The notes: generated by a model from the sequence alone, not told the origin. 64,000 nt of DNA from an uncultured Candidatus Saccharibacteria bacterium (GCA_964358005.1 CAYHNH010000001.1:11625-75624), one strand, 5' to 3'. Shown: positions 47,876 to 57,934, counted from the first letter of the stretch. Numbers and translations: made by a program.

Positions 47876-49120
47876 ATGCTCGACGAAACGCTCATAAGGA
47901 TAAAACGATTAATACCGGCCTCCATTTTCAGCTTTTTTCAGCCAGCATATCACTGGACTCTGTCATTTCTGGCTGCTCTCGTATACGGCTTCCCTTCCAA
48001 AAAGATAAATGTCATTGCTGTCACCGGCACCAAGGGCAAAAGTTCCACTACAGAGATATTGAACGCTATATTAGAGAAGGCAGGCCATAGGACCGCCCTT
48101 TCGAACACAATCCGTTTCAAGATTGGCGATGAGTCGCACAGGAATCTGTTCAAGATGAGCATGCCGGGGAGGTTTTCGATGCAGAAGCTCATCAGGCAAG
48201 CGGTCAACGACCACTGTGAATACTTTATATGCGAGATGACTTCTCAGGGCTCTCTCCTCCACCGCCATAAATTCATTGACATAAATATTTTAATATTCAC
48301 TAATCTATCGCCAGAGCACATAGAGGCACATGGATCATACGAAAATTATGCCAAAGCCAAACTAGATATCGCAAAAAGCCTAGAAAATTCGCGCAAAAGA
48401 GAGACGACCATCATCGTGAATGCCGATGACAAGGAGAGCGCACGATTTTTATCCTTTAATGTCAATAAAAAAATACCGTACAGTCTGAAGGACGCCTCCC
48501 GGCCTCTATACGAAACAAAACTGCCCGGCATATTCAACCAGTACAACATCCTGGCCGCCGCGACTTGTGCAAAGAACGAGGGCGTCCCAGACAATGTCAT
48601 CGCCGAAGCTATCACAGAGTTCCGGCACATCCCCGGCCGCGTCGAGAAGATCGAAGCAGGACAGGACTTCACGGTGATAGTCGACTATGCCCACACCGCC
48701 GACTCTCTGGAAAAGCTTTACAAAATATTCGATGGGAAGAGGAGGGTCGCCGTCCTCGGCGGCACAGGCGGCGGGCGCGACACTTCAAAGCGCGCGATCA
48801 TGGGCGCCCTGGCCGACAAATACTGCGACCTGATCATCCTCACGAACGAAGACCCCTACGATGAGGATCCGCAGAAGATAATAGACGATGTAGCGAAAGG
48901 CATTATCACAAAAAAGCCTCTCATCATCATGGATCGCCGACTGGCCATACGCGAAGCCATCCGTCAGGCCAAGCCAGGCGATGTCGTCCTCATCACTGGA
49001 AAAGGCACCGACCCGTTTATCATGGGGCCGCTAGGCACAAAGGTCCCCTGGAGCGACGCCGACATCGCGCGCGAGGAGCTTATTGCGGCGAGGAATATAT
49101 CCTATTCAACGTCTCGATAG
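47876..49120 (+). CDS. murE: Mur ligase, MurE-like
   Basis: VTGTKGKSST, FTNLSPEH, PGRVE, VDYAHT, GGGRD..KR, EDP..E, GKG. Confidence 0.85.
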   Translation: MLDETLIRIKRLIPASIFSFFQPAYHWTLSFLAALVYGFPSKKINVIAVTGTKGKSSTTEILNAILEKAGHRTALSNTIRFKIGDESHRNLFKMSMPGRFSMQKLIRQAVNDHCEYFICEMTSQGSLLHRHKFIDINILIFTNLSPEHIEAHGSYENYAKAKLDIAKSLENSRKRETTIIVNADDKESARFLSFNVNKKIPYSLKDASRPLYETKLPGIFNQYNILAAATCAKNEGVPDNVIAEAITEFRHIPGRVEKIEAGQDFTVIVDYAHTADSLEKLYKIFDGKRRVAVLGGTGGGRDTSKRAIMGALADKYCDLIILTNEDPYDEDPQKIIDDVAKGIITKKPLIIMDRRLAIREAIRQAKPGDVVLITGKGTDPFIMGPLGTKVPWSDADIAREELIAARNISYSTSR

Positions 49121-50342
49121 TCCTTGGACCAGCCACATCCTTTTCATCATCTATACCGAACTTCTGCTGGAAGGCCTTGAGAGCCGACTTGGTGCATAGA
49201 CCGAGCTTGCCCGTGCGAGGACATTCATTCGGAGTCGAGCCTGGCGGCGGATACACCCCGTCTAATATGAGGGCCGTCTGGAGAGCAAAAACGTCCTGTG
49301 GGGAGTCATCTTTACCATCGAGCGGCTCCGTCCACCTATATGGCAGAGTCAGAGTATCGAAAGACTTGCTCACGGCATACAAATTCGGCGTATCGAAAAA
49401 ATCCAGAAGACCCAGATAGGTCTCATAGGCTATCTCCTTGAGATATAGCGGCCGGAGCTTCGGATCGTTGAGCTGCGGCTCGTATATGTAGGCGAACTCT
49501 ATGAGCATGCTGGCGGCATCGACGGAATTGTATGAGCCTATGGCAATAAGATCCTGTTCTTCGACGATGCCAGCCCTCTCGCCCGGAAGATTCGAGACCG
49601 GATTGTATTTCGCCAGGCGCTTGTAGACCGTGTTGGCTATAGCCTTGGTCGTAGTGCTGTTGAAATACTGTTGTTCTGGTACATATATCGAGAAGCCTGT
49701 GTACTTGCCCGGGTTAGGTCCGTTCTTCCTGGGGTAATCATTGAAGTGTATGTGAACAGCTATGTCTATATCGTTCTCGTTGACCCATTTGTTGATGCCG
49801 TGTAGACGGAGGCCTATCGTCGGATTGACCGTATTGTGATACACGGCCGGCACGACCGATGATAGCCCCCCGACCTCGACAAGCTTCTTCACCGCGTCCC
49901 TGTTAGCCTTCTGCCATTCTATTATTTCCGTCCATCCTGCCTTGAAGTAATTCGCGAACTCTGGAGACCAGGCGGCCTTGTTCCTGGTCGTGAACACTTC
50001 ATATCGGTCATTGCTCTTGAAAAAACCCATTAGGTTCTCGGCAACCTCGACATTGAGGTAGCGCTCTTTGAGATCCTTGTATTCGGCCCCTCCGTAGGCG
50101 GGCTCGTGGCCAGGCACTATGAGCACGCGGATCTTCTTGTTGCCGGGAATATTCGCCAGCGCGTAATCAGACTTCAACTGTTCCACAGTCACCGGCTTGC
50201 GGGCGAGAATGACAGCGGCGATCTGTTCCCCGACCGAGCCTATCGCCGAAAGTATAGTGTCAGTGGCCGCCGGGTAATTCACGCCGAACCATGGCGCTAC
50301 GAAGATAGCCAGAATGACAAGAACGGCGACATAGTAGCGCAT
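49080..50342 (-). CDS. N-acetylmuramoyl-L-alanine amidase (Amidase_3) with C-terminal peptidoglycan-binding domain
   Basis: VPGH...GGA, E, IHFN, LIEFAY; LQ.AL...G, T..ALKAFQ...G, GP.T...LN. Confidence 0.82.
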   Translation of the reverse strand: MRYYVAVLVILAIFVAPWFGVNYPAATDTILSAIGSVGEQIAAVILARKPVTVEQLKSDYALANIPGNKKIRVLIVPGHEPAYGGAEYKDLKERYLNVEVAENLMGFFKSNDRYEVFTTRNKAAWSPEFANYFKAGWTEIIEWQKANRDAVKKLVEVGGLSSVVPAVYHNTVNPTIGLRLHGINKWVNENDIDIAVHIHFNDYPRKNGPNPGKYTGFSIYVPEQQYFNSTTTKAIANTVYKRLAKYNPVSNLPGERAGIVEEQDLIAIGSYNSVDAASMLIEFAYIYEPQLNDPKLRPLYLKEIAYETYLGLLDFFDTPNLYAVSKSFDTLTLPYRWTEPLDGKDDSPQDVFALQTALILDGVYPPPGSTPNECPRTGKLGLCTKSALKAFQQKFGIDDEKDVAGPRTIETLNRIYSSPQ

Positions 50343-50369
50343 ATGTGTTAGATTTTAGCACATCTAAAT

Positions 50370-51314
50370 ATGCCCGAGCTCCCGGAAGTACAAACGACAG
50401 TGAACGGCTTGAATGCGAATATCCGCGGCCTAAAGATTCTGGATGTTTGGACTGACTATGACAGCAAGTTCTATCGCGGCAAGGACTCGATAAAGGATCC
50501 GGCCTATTTCAGGCATTTCAAAAAGGCGGTTACAGGAGCGACCATAGAGAAAGTCGACCGGATAGCTAAAAATATCCTGATCAGCATCAAAAAAGGCTCC
50601 GTGGGGAGCGTCATCCTGATCCACATGAAGATGACCGGGCACATAATGATCGGAAAGTACGCATTCGATCCGGCCGGAAAGATGGGTACATGGAAACCTG
50701 CCCCCGGCGAGCGAGCCTCCCTCTCCGATCCGTATAATCGCTTCATCCATTTCGTCATCTCGCTGTCGAACAAGAAGCACGTAGTACTGTCCGACACTCG
50801 TAAATTCGCCAAGGTCACGCTCATCCCGGAATCAGAATTGTCTAGGACCGTCCATCTCGCGGACATCGGGCCTGATCCAATGGATAAAAAGTTCACTCTC
50901 GGACTTTTCAAAGAGCGCCTCAGCAGCCGACCGACAGGCAGGATAAAGAATGTGCTCATGGACCCGACGGTCATCGCCGGCGTCGGGAATATCTACAGCG
51001 ACGAAGCCCTCTGGCGAGCCGGCATCCATCCCGAGGAACCAACTCAGAACATCCCGGACATCAGTCTGAAGATCTTGTACAAGTCTCTGCTCGCAGTCCT
51101 CGTGAAAGGCATAGATTTTGGCGGCGATTCGATGTCTGATTATAGGAACACCGATGGCGAGCGCGGCAAATTCCAAGAACACCACAAAGTCTACCAGCGC
51201 CGCGGCGAGAGATGCAGTAAGCCCCGCTGCAAGGGCACCGTCATCCGTAAGATGGTCGGCGGCCGTAGCGCGCATTTCTGCGATGAGCACCAGAAGTTGC
51301 TCGTTAACCGTTAG
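50370..51314 (+). CDS. mutM: Formamidopyrimidine-DNA glycosylase
   Basis: MPELPEV, HMKMTG, D.RKF, AGVGNIYSDE, C-terminal zinc finger GRSAHFC..HQ. Confidence 0.95.
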   Translation: MPELPEVQTTVNGLNANIRGLKILDVWTDYDSKFYRGKDSIKDPAYFRHFKKAVTGATIEKVDRIAKNILISIKKGSVGSVILIHMKMTGHIMIGKYAFDPAGKMGTWKPAPGERASLSDPYNRFIHFVISLSNKKHVVLSDTRKFAKVTLIPESELSRTVHLADIGPDPMDKKFTLGLFKERLSSRPTGRIKNVLMDPTVIAGVGNIYSDEALWRAGIHPEEPTQNIPDISLKILYKSLLAVLVKGIDFGGDSMSDYRNTDGERGKFQEHHKVYQRRGERCSKPRCKGTVIRKMVGGRSAHFCDEHQKLLVNR

Positions 51315-52216
51315 AATTCTTTCAGCCTGGCTTTTGTCTTGTTTAGAATACCCAAAAAGGCCGGGTTCCCAGGTTTTTTCGTCACCTCGGCGATAGCCGA
51401 CTCCAGAGCCTCCTTGGCAGTTTTTATTGCCATCTCATAAAGTTCCGCCGCTTTTTCGTTCTGTGATATTTTCTGAAGAACGGCCAAGACCCCGTTCCAG
51501 TTATCCTCAAGCTGAGCCGGGGTGCTGTCTATATGCCATCGTAAGATATAACCGTCGCCGTCAAACGGCTCAGTGAGCATTAGATCTTCCGCATCTCTGT
51601 ACTCCCTCAAATACCCTGCTCTCGCGACAGTAAGATATTTCTCAAGCTTGGAGACCGACTGGGACAGGGACATATAGCTCTGGCTCCCGAGATGCTTGTA
51701 TTCATCTACGATCGTAGAGAGGTTGCCCATGAGCTCAAGAACTCGGTCATCTTGCACTGAGTCGAGATCATATTCCTTTTGGAACTGCTCAGTGACCGAG
51801 GCCATGACCTTCTCTAGCCCTGCCGCCTGGCCCTTAGTCAAAGTCTGCGGTTCGAGCGCCTGAAGATAGGCGACAAATTTCGATCCATTTGCAATGTCCA
51901 CTCGGAGTTCCTTCACCCGAAGGCCGCCTGAATCGTCACCGATCATCATGTTGGTGTCGGCTGACGCCAAAGCTAGACCTGTCGCCTCCAGGATAGGCTT
52001 AGCTTCTTCCTTCAATTCCTCCAGAGTGAGCAGACTGTCGGCTTTTTGTTCATCCAGATCCATGCCAGCACTCTCGTTAGGCAAGCCCTTGAGAAAGGCC
52101 AGGCCCGCCATTCTGCCGGCGCTAAACCTCTCGTTATAAGAAGCGACGAGCTCCATCAGTTTGCCTGTATCGATCTTTGACAGCCAAGCCTCTTTTCCGG
52201 GAGTTGTTTCGCTCAT
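51311..52216 (-). CDS. Hypothetical alpha-helical protein
   Basis: 301-aa ORF; TATAAT 7 nt before ATG 52216. Confidence 0.65.
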   Translation of the reverse strand: MSETTPGKEAWLSKIDTGKLMELVASYNERFSAGRMAGLAFLKGLPNESAGMDLDEQKADSLLTLEELKEEAKPILEATGLALASADTNMMIGDDSGGLRVKELRVDIANGSKFVAYLQALEPQTLTKGQAAGLEKVMASVTEQFQKEYDLDSVQDDRVLELMGNLSTIVDEYKHLGSQSYMSLSQSVSKLEKYLTVARAGYLREYRDAEDLMLTEPFDGDGYILRWHIDSTPAQLEDNWNGVLAVLQKISQNEKAAELYEMAIKTAKEALESAIAEVTKKPGNPAFLGILNKTKARLKEF

Positions 52217-52232
52217 GGCTTGATTATAACAC

Positions 52233-52712
52233 CTATCGATCAATGACCCTGTACAAAAAAATTCCCGCGGCAACAGAGACATTCAGGGATTCCTTTTTAC
52301 CTTTTAATGGAATTTCCGCTATCACATCTGAAGCTTTTAATAGGCCTCCCGAGACCCCACCGATCTCCGAACCTAAAATGATCAGGGTCTTATCGCTCAC
52401 CTCCACTTTTTTATAGTCAGTCGACGCTCTAGCCTGCTCCAAGGCTAATATCTCAAAGCTCTCTTTTTTGAGCTTCTTTATCAGGTCTATTCCATTTCCA
52501 GCGACATGCTCCCACAGGACCATCCCCTCCGCGCCAAGCGCTACTTTCGCAAAATCCGTGCGTTTGCGGCCAAAACGGTCAACCGGCGTCGGCGTCGTAC
52601 CCAGACAATATATCCTAGAAATACCTAGTGTTTCAGCCGTTCTGAAGATGGAGCCGACGTTGTGTACGCTCCTTATATTATCTAGCAGTAGTCGTACGTC
52701 TCGCTTCATCAT
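52233..52712 (-). CDS. TrmH/SpoU-family RNA methyltransferase
   Basis: DNIRSVHNVGSIFRTA, GSE..G, ESLNVSVAAGI. Confidence 0.92.
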   Translation of the reverse strand: MMKRDVRLLLDNIRSVHNVGSIFRTAETLGISRIYCLGTTPTPVDRFGRKRTDFAKVALGAEGMVLWEHVAGNGIDLIKKLKKESFEILALEQARASTDYKKVEVSDKTLIILGSEIGGVSGGLLKASDVIAEIPLKGKKESLNVSVAAGIFLYRVIDR

Positions 52713-52745
52713 ATACTTATGACATTATCATATAAATCAATCAGC

Positions 52746-53108
52746 ATGCTCTCTCTATTTCCAACACTGCTCTCATGGGAAGAATTGGCCCCTTTGCTCA
52801 TCCGCCTCGTTCTCGGCGCTATTTTCATTTATTGGAGCTACAAAAGGCTTAGCGACAAGTCGGGCTCCGGAAGGTCTAAGGCTATCGGTGCTGTCGACGG
52901 CATCCTGGCCGTCCTGCTAGTCATCGGTCTCTGGACACAGCTTGCGGCTATCATCGTGGCCATAGACCTCATCGTGCGCATAATAAAGAAAGTGACAGAG
53001 AAGGCTTTCCTGACACAGGGCGTGAATTACTACCTAGTGCTCCTAGTCCTCGCCATATCGCTCATAGTGAGCGGCGCGGGCTGGGTAGCATTCGACCTCG
53101 GGCTATAA
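52746..53108 (+). CDS. DoxX-family membrane protein
   Basis: LIRLVLG..F, GLWTQLAA, GAG..AFD. Confidence 0.8.
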   Translation: MLSLFPTLLSWEELAPLLIRLVLGAIFIYWSYKRLSDKSGSGRSKAIGAVDGILAVLLVIGLWTQLAAIIVAIDLIVRIIKKVTEKAFLTQGVNYYLVLLVLAISLIVSGAGWVAFDLGL

Positions 53109-53119
53109 TACACACTCAT

Positions 53120-53422
53120 ATGATGAACCCACACAGCCAGTCCGAATCAGCCCGCTTGATAGCGGAGCTCAAAGCAGAGATCGCGAAAGATCAGACAGAG
53201 ATAACGCTCGAGACGCCAAAGCTGAGGAGGATCGAACAAGAGATCGCCAAAGAAGAGGCTGAACTGGCCAAGAAAAAACAGGAGCTAGACAGAAAGAAGG
53301 TCGAGGGACTTCACGAACATCAGCATATTGATCAATTGAAAGCGGACCTGGCTCACAGTCAGCGTGAGTTCGCAGACCTCGGCAGGCAGATACAGCAGAT
53401 GGGATTCGGTAAGGCTGCTTAG
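53120..53422 (+). CDS. Small coiled-coil protein
   Basis: Heptad-rich E/K/L sequence; TATAAT just upstream. Confidence 0.6.
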   Translation: MMNPHSQSESARLIAELKAEIAKDQTEITLETPKLRRIEQEIAKEEAELAKKKQELDRKKVEGLHEHQHIDQLKADLAHSQREFADLGRQIQQMGFGKAA

Positions 53423-53441
53423 CGCATTTAGATCCTGCCGT

Positions 53442-53660
53442 TCATCTTGTTCCCTTCATCCTAACCAGCTCTACAAGGGCAGACAAGATAAAAACAGCTT
53501 GTAAAACCGAGAATATGACATTCTCGATGCTGATACTGTAAACAAACAACAGGACGCCTCCGATGACAAAAAGGATGTCCTGTTTTTTCTCTATCTTCAC
53601 CCAGATAGCCATGGAGATGATGATCAAACCGATTATCCCTAGAATTGTTGGCGTGTCCAT
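53442..53660 (-). CDS. Small three-TM membrane protein
   Basis: Three hydrophobic helices, YS...F..LQ. Confidence 0.65.
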   Translation of the reverse strand: MDTPTILGIIGLIIISMAIWVKIEKKQDILFVIGGVLLFVYSISIENVIFSVLQAVFILSALVELVRMKGTR

Positions 53661-53672
53661 ATCTGAAGAATA

Positions 53673-54311
53673 TCACGACTTAGCTCTCCGAGAGGACAGC
53701 CAGTGATGATGTAGGATTATGTAAAGGCAGACGCTCAAAGCCGCATCGAAAAGACACCAGACAGACGCCGCTGTCGTCCACGATATCGCGAGAGTCGCGC
53801 CAGCGAGCAGTAAGGCCAGAACACCCAGAACCTGGAAAGCCCTCTTGCTTGAAACCAGAAGACCGCCGACTGTCGCGGTCATATAGAAGACAAAATCCAG
53901 GCGCCAATAGAATGGTCCTGGTGGATTGTAGAAGATGTGCTGGCCAATCACTTGGACATCAAGAGGTACGGTAAACAGCTTGTATGTGAACCATGCGGCT
54001 ACCAATGCGCCGAGCCAGACAAAAAACCTGATGATGTGCCTTCGGGGTCGATCGATCAGATAAACGATGAGAGGTATGAGCACCGGCCACACGATGAGAG
54101 CAAAGAAAAGGAATCCGTACGCTGCCGAGCGGCAAACCAACCCTTGATCGAGATACATCCATTGGATACCCTCTATCGCCTGCTGGATTGCGAAAAGCAG
54201 CGGCACAGCTGCCAATATCTTTTGTCTCTTCGGGGCTATCGCAAGAGATGTCGCCCCGACAACAGCCAGCCCGGCACTAGCCGCAAAACTTACTGACATG
54301 GACATGCACAT
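53673..54311 (-). CDS. Multi-TM membrane protein (DUF6629-like)
   Basis: MC...SF, PLLFAIQQ..EG..W, SVWC.F.A. Confidence 0.75.
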   Translation of the reverse strand: MCMSMSVSFAASAGLAVVGATSLAIAPKRQKILAAVPLLFAIQQAIEGIQWMYLDQGLVCRSAAYGFLFFALIVWPVLIPLIVYLIDRPRRHIIRFFVWLGALVAAWFTYKLFTVPLDVQVIGQHIFYNPPGPFYWRLDFVFYMTATVGGLLVSSKRAFQVLGVLALLLAGATLAISWTTAASVWCLFDAALSVCLYIILHHHWLSSRRAKS

Positions 54312-54338
54312 GCCGAACATTATACAACACCGAATTTG

Positions 54339-54411
54339 TGCGCCCAGTTGGAGTCGAACCAACGACCCACTCCTTAAAAGGGAGTTGCTCTACCAGCTGA
54401 GCTATGGGCGC
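54339..54411 (-). tRNA. tRNA-Lys (UUU)
   Basis: GCGCCCATAGCTCAG...CT TTT AA...GGTTCGACTCC...TGGGCGCA. Confidence 0.93.
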
Positions 54412-54486
54412 GAGTGAGGGGCAAGCCGGGAAGTCCTACTTCTCGGCTTGGACCGAACGAAGCGCCTATATCGAAGATATGGGCGC
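54412..54486 (-). repeat. Palindromic element abutting the tRNA-Lys 5' end
   Basis: Minus strand: GCGCCCATAT-cttcg-ATATAGGCGC TTCGTTCGG..CAAGCCGAGAAGT/ACTTCCCGGCTTG..CCTCACTC. Confidence 0.65.
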
Positions 54487-54498
54487 AACGCAATCTGT

Positions 54499-55125
54499 CT
54501 ATTTTGAAAGAATCAGCCGTTCGATACCCAGCTCCAGATCAACTAGGCCACGGTGACCGTCATGGTACAAGGTGACGAGCTCCCTAGCAAGTTTCTTCGC
54601 CCCGATCGTCTTGGCCTTCCAGAAGAGCATGCCTATGATGGCCTCGGATTCCGTCCCGCTGTCCACCGCTTGCCTATATAGAGACCAGGCCTTGAATGAA
54701 TCTCCCTTCGCCACGGCATCGCCCAGAGCGAAGACATTAGGCGCTCCCGGGCCGAATGCCGGGGCTTTCGGCTTCTCGCAAGCCACCGTTTTGTCGGCGC
54801 TCTTGTCGACGGCCTTCTTGAGCTCGGCATTGAGCTTGCCTTCCAAGACGATGAAGATATTCGCCGATTCCTGCATCGCTCCCATGAGGCTGGCCAGCTC
54901 TTCTTTGGCCTCGGCGTTCTCGGTGACACGATCCAGGAAGACTATGTATTTGCTAGAGAATAATCCCTGACCACCGAGATGGCCCTCGATCATGGATCTA
55001 TTCCAAGCGTCGGCCTCGATCCTTTCGTAGGATGCATCAGGCTTCTTTGTACGCAACGAATCCACCAAGGAGCGGGCTTTAACTCCAGCCTGAGCCACAT
55101 CAGTTCCATGAAAGACGTAGAGCAT
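54499..55125 (-). CDS. Short DNA polymerase III delta (HolA)-like protein
   Basis: MLYVFHGTD, GLFS.K.IV, NVFALGDAV, IIGMLFW; downstream of polA. Confidence 0.7.
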   Translation of the reverse strand: MLYVFHGTDVAQAGVKARSLVDSLRTKKPDASYERIEADAWNRSMIEGHLGGQGLFSSKYIVFLDRVTENAEAKEELASLMGAMQESANIFIVLEGKLNAELKKAVDKSADKTVACEKPKAPAFGPGAPNVFALGDAVAKGDSFKAWSLYRQAVDSGTESEAIIGMLFWKAKTIGAKKLARELVTLYHDGHRGLVDLELGIERLILSK

Positions 55126-55126
55126 A

Positions 55127-57580
55127 CTATGATTTTAACTCCCCCCAGTCTTTGCCGATAGAGCCCTTTGCTTCGAGCACGACGCCGTGGGTCAGCTTCG
55201 GGTCGATGATCGACCTCATGATCTTTTCGATGTCCTTGATAACCTTGTCCTCCTTGCCTTTCTTTATCTCATAGAGGAGCTCGTCATGGACCTGGAGCAA
55301 GGGATAGACATCTTTTTCCAGCTTTTCCTTGGCAATGTATTCCTGGACTCGCACCATCGCCAGCTTGATGACATCGGCTTCTGTTCCCTGTATCGGCGCG
55401 TTGATGGCCATCCTCTCCGCAGATGCACGAATAAAAGGTATCTTGGACTTTATCCCGTCGAAATAGCGGCGGCGACCGAAGAACGTCTCCGTGTAACCTC
55501 TGCGTGCCGTCTCCGCTTTGACTTCATCCAGATATTTAGCCAGCGTCGAGAATGTCTCGAAGTAATCATTGTAGAACCTCTGGGCCTCGTCACGGCTGGT
55601 GCACAGGTTTTGTTTCAAGGCCAGAACTCCCATGCCGTAGAGGATGCCGAAGTTGATGACCTTGGCTCGTCGGCGCATCTCATGATCGACTTTATCCGGA
55701 GCCACCTTGAAGACGGCAGCTGCGACAGCCCGGTGGACATCTTCTCCTCTCTTAAATATGTCTATCAGCTTCTCGTCGCCGGAAAGGAACGCGGCGATAC
55801 GCAGTTCGACTTGAGAATAGTCGAGACCAGCTAGGACGAAGCCGTCATCAGAGATAAACGCCTTGCGTATGGCGCGTCCGAGCTCGGTGCGCATCGGGAT
55901 ATTTTGCAAGCCGGGATTCTTCGTGGCCATGCGGCCGGTGACTGCGCCATTCTGGATGAATGTCGTGTGCAGGCGGTCATTCTTGTCCAAAAGCGGTGGG
56001 ATAGCGTCTATGTAGGTTCCGAGCAACTTCTGCAGTTCGCGATATTCGAATATAAGGGGAATTATCTCGTGCGAACCCCGCATCTTTTCTAGCTCCGATT
56101 CTCGGGTCGACCGCGCGCCTCCGGCAGTTTTCTTCATGTTCTTAGCGCCGAGGCCGAGCTTGTCGAACAATATACCGCCTAGCTGTTTCGGCGAATTTAT
56201 GTTGAACTCGATACCCGCCAGGGTGTATATCTTCTTCTCCAGTATAGCCACCGTCGCGTGATAATCTTTGGACAATTTTGCAAGGAGCAACCGGTCGATC
56301 TTGATCCCACGCTCGCTCATCTTATGGAGTATCGGTATGAGCGGCAGCTCTATCTCATCATATATTTTTTTGACCTGGCGCTTCTCGAGCTCCTCATAAA
56401 TAAGTTTTTTTGCTGTCTCATAATCTTCCGTGTTACCGAAATTGAGCGCATCTTCGAGCTTCGGGTCAGTCAGGTTGGAATTGACGAGCGACAGCGCGAC
56501 TAGCGTCTTCTCCAGATCTGACTGATCTATGCCGTTTCCGAAAAGAGACCCGCCTTCTGGGGCAATCTTCTTCGGGTCGGCCTTAGAAACCGGCTTTTCC
56601 TTCTCGACTAGCGGCTTGCCTTCGAGGACTTGCTTCAACCTCTGCGGCAAAGTCCGGAATTCGAGCTCATTCCAGAGCGCCGTGATCTTGTGTATGTCCA
56701 CCCCTTCCTTGAATGTCTTCTCCGGCAGTTGGAACTCGACGGGCACATCTTTCCTGATCGTCGCGAGCATCTTGCTGAACTCTGCCTCTTCCTTGTTCTC
56801 TTTGAGTAGAGCGACTATGCGCGCCTTTATTCCGGCTTTCTCAAATCTATCTTCGTGGCCGGCTTCGAGCTCTTTGTACATATCCTCGATCGTGCCGAAT
56901 GTCTGGATGAGGGTCGTCGCAGTCTTGTCGCCTATGCCCTTCACTCCGGGAATATTGTCAGATGGATCGCCGCAGAGCCCCTTGTAGTCAGGGATCAGTT
57001 CTGGGCCAAAACCATAGCGGGTATTCACGGCCTTCTCGTCATACATGATCGTGTCGCTGATGCCTTTCTTCAGGGTGTAGACCTTCACGTGCCCGTCATG
57101 GATGAGTTGCATCGTATCCATATCACCTGATGCGATGATGATATCCATGTCCGTGCGGCCCTTCAGTTGCTCGACGATCGTCCCGAGAACGTCGTCTGCC
57201 TCGAAGCCCTGCTTGTCGTATATGGGTATGTTAAAAGCAGAGAATACATCGCGCGAACGAGACATCTGGGCGATCAGAGCATCTTCGGCCTTCTTGCGTT
57301 GGGCTTTGTATTCCTTGAACACATCATGCCTGTGCGTCGGGCCTTTCACGTCATAACAGGCTACGACATAGTCGGGCTTGAGGTCGGCCACTATCTTGAG
57401 GAGCATGGTGGAGACGCCATAGAGCGCTCCTGTCGGCTCGCCTTTCGCAGTCGAGAAATCAGGCAGGGCGTGATAGGCGCGATGAAGAATAGCGTGGGCG
57501 TCGAGCAGTATTAGGCGTTTAAGCGGCTCTTTCATGAGGTTATTCGTGGGGTCCTTCATGCGACCCTTCACGTGGTCCAT
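55127..57580 (-). CDS. polA: DNA polymerase I (3'-5' exonuclease domain largely absent)
   Basis: HRAYHALP, EADD, GDPSDNIPGV, TGR....PGLQNIP, DYSQVELR, AKVINFGILYG, QVHDEL. Confidence 0.96.
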   Translation of the reverse strand: MDHVKGRMKDPTNNLMKEPLKRLILLDAHAILHRAYHALPDFSTAKGEPTGALYGVSTMLLKIVADLKPDYVVACYDVKGPTHRHDVFKEYKAQRKKAEDALIAQMSRSRDVFSAFNIPIYDKQGFEADDVLGTIVEQLKGRTDMDIIIASGDMDTMQLIHDGHVKVYTLKKGISDTIMYDEKAVNTRYGFGPELIPDYKGLCGDPSDNIPGVKGIGDKTATTLIQTFGTIEDMYKELEAGHEDRFEKAGIKARIVALLKENKEEAEFSKMLATIRKDVPVEFQLPEKTFKEGVDIHKITALWNELEFRTLPQRLKQVLEGKPLVEKEKPVSKADPKKIAPEGGSLFGNGIDQSDLEKTLVALSLVNSNLTDPKLEDALNFGNTEDYETAKKLIYEELEKRQVKKIYDEIELPLIPILHKMSERGIKIDRLLLAKLSKDYHATVAILEKKIYTLAGIEFNINSPKQLGGILFDKLGLGAKNMKKTAGGARSTRESELEKMRGSHEIIPLIFEYRELQKLLGTYIDAIPPLLDKNDRLHTTFIQNGAVTGRMATKNPGLQNIPMRTELGRAIRKAFISDDGFVLAGLDYSQVELRIAAFLSGDEKLIDIFKRGEDVHRAVAAAVFKVAPDKVDHEMRRRAKVINFGILYGMGVLALKQNLCTSRDEAQRFYNDYFETFSTLAKYLDEVKAETARRGYTETFFGRRRYFDGIKSKIPFIRASAERMAINAPIQGTEADVIKLAMVRVQEYIAKEKLEKDVYPLLQVHDELLYEIKKGKEDKVIKDIEKIMRSIIDPKLTHGVVLEAKGSIGKDWGELKS

Positions 57581-57601
57581 TGTATATCATGCAACTTTTT
57601 A

Positions 57602-57866
57602 TTTCAGCGCCCTCTATTAAGGGGATGACATATAACGCCGCTCGGGGGGCGTGGGGGGGTTATCCTTCGGGTACGCCTACTATTTTTATATACAATAAAC
57701 GATAAATGTGATGCCATGCAGAAAAATTCTACCTCTAACCTGATTTACTGACGCAGCTTCCTCGCTCGTTTGTGCAGTAGGAAAGGTATAGAAGCACTTA
57801 GCACAATATTTCTCTATTATTGTAAATGAAAAAAGTTGGGCTGAAGGAAGTGTGACGCCTTCCTCC
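57602..57866. repeat. Dispersed element, copy 2 (inverted relative to 29251-29547)
   Basis: Same conserved blocks as copy 1; carries stop-free frame 57686-57862 on the minus strand. Confidence 0.92.
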
Positions 57867-57934
57867 CTCCCCCCTCTAATTTCAAGCCTCAACTGCGTGC
57901 GTGCGACAACATCGGGGCAACAACATCTGCGCTC

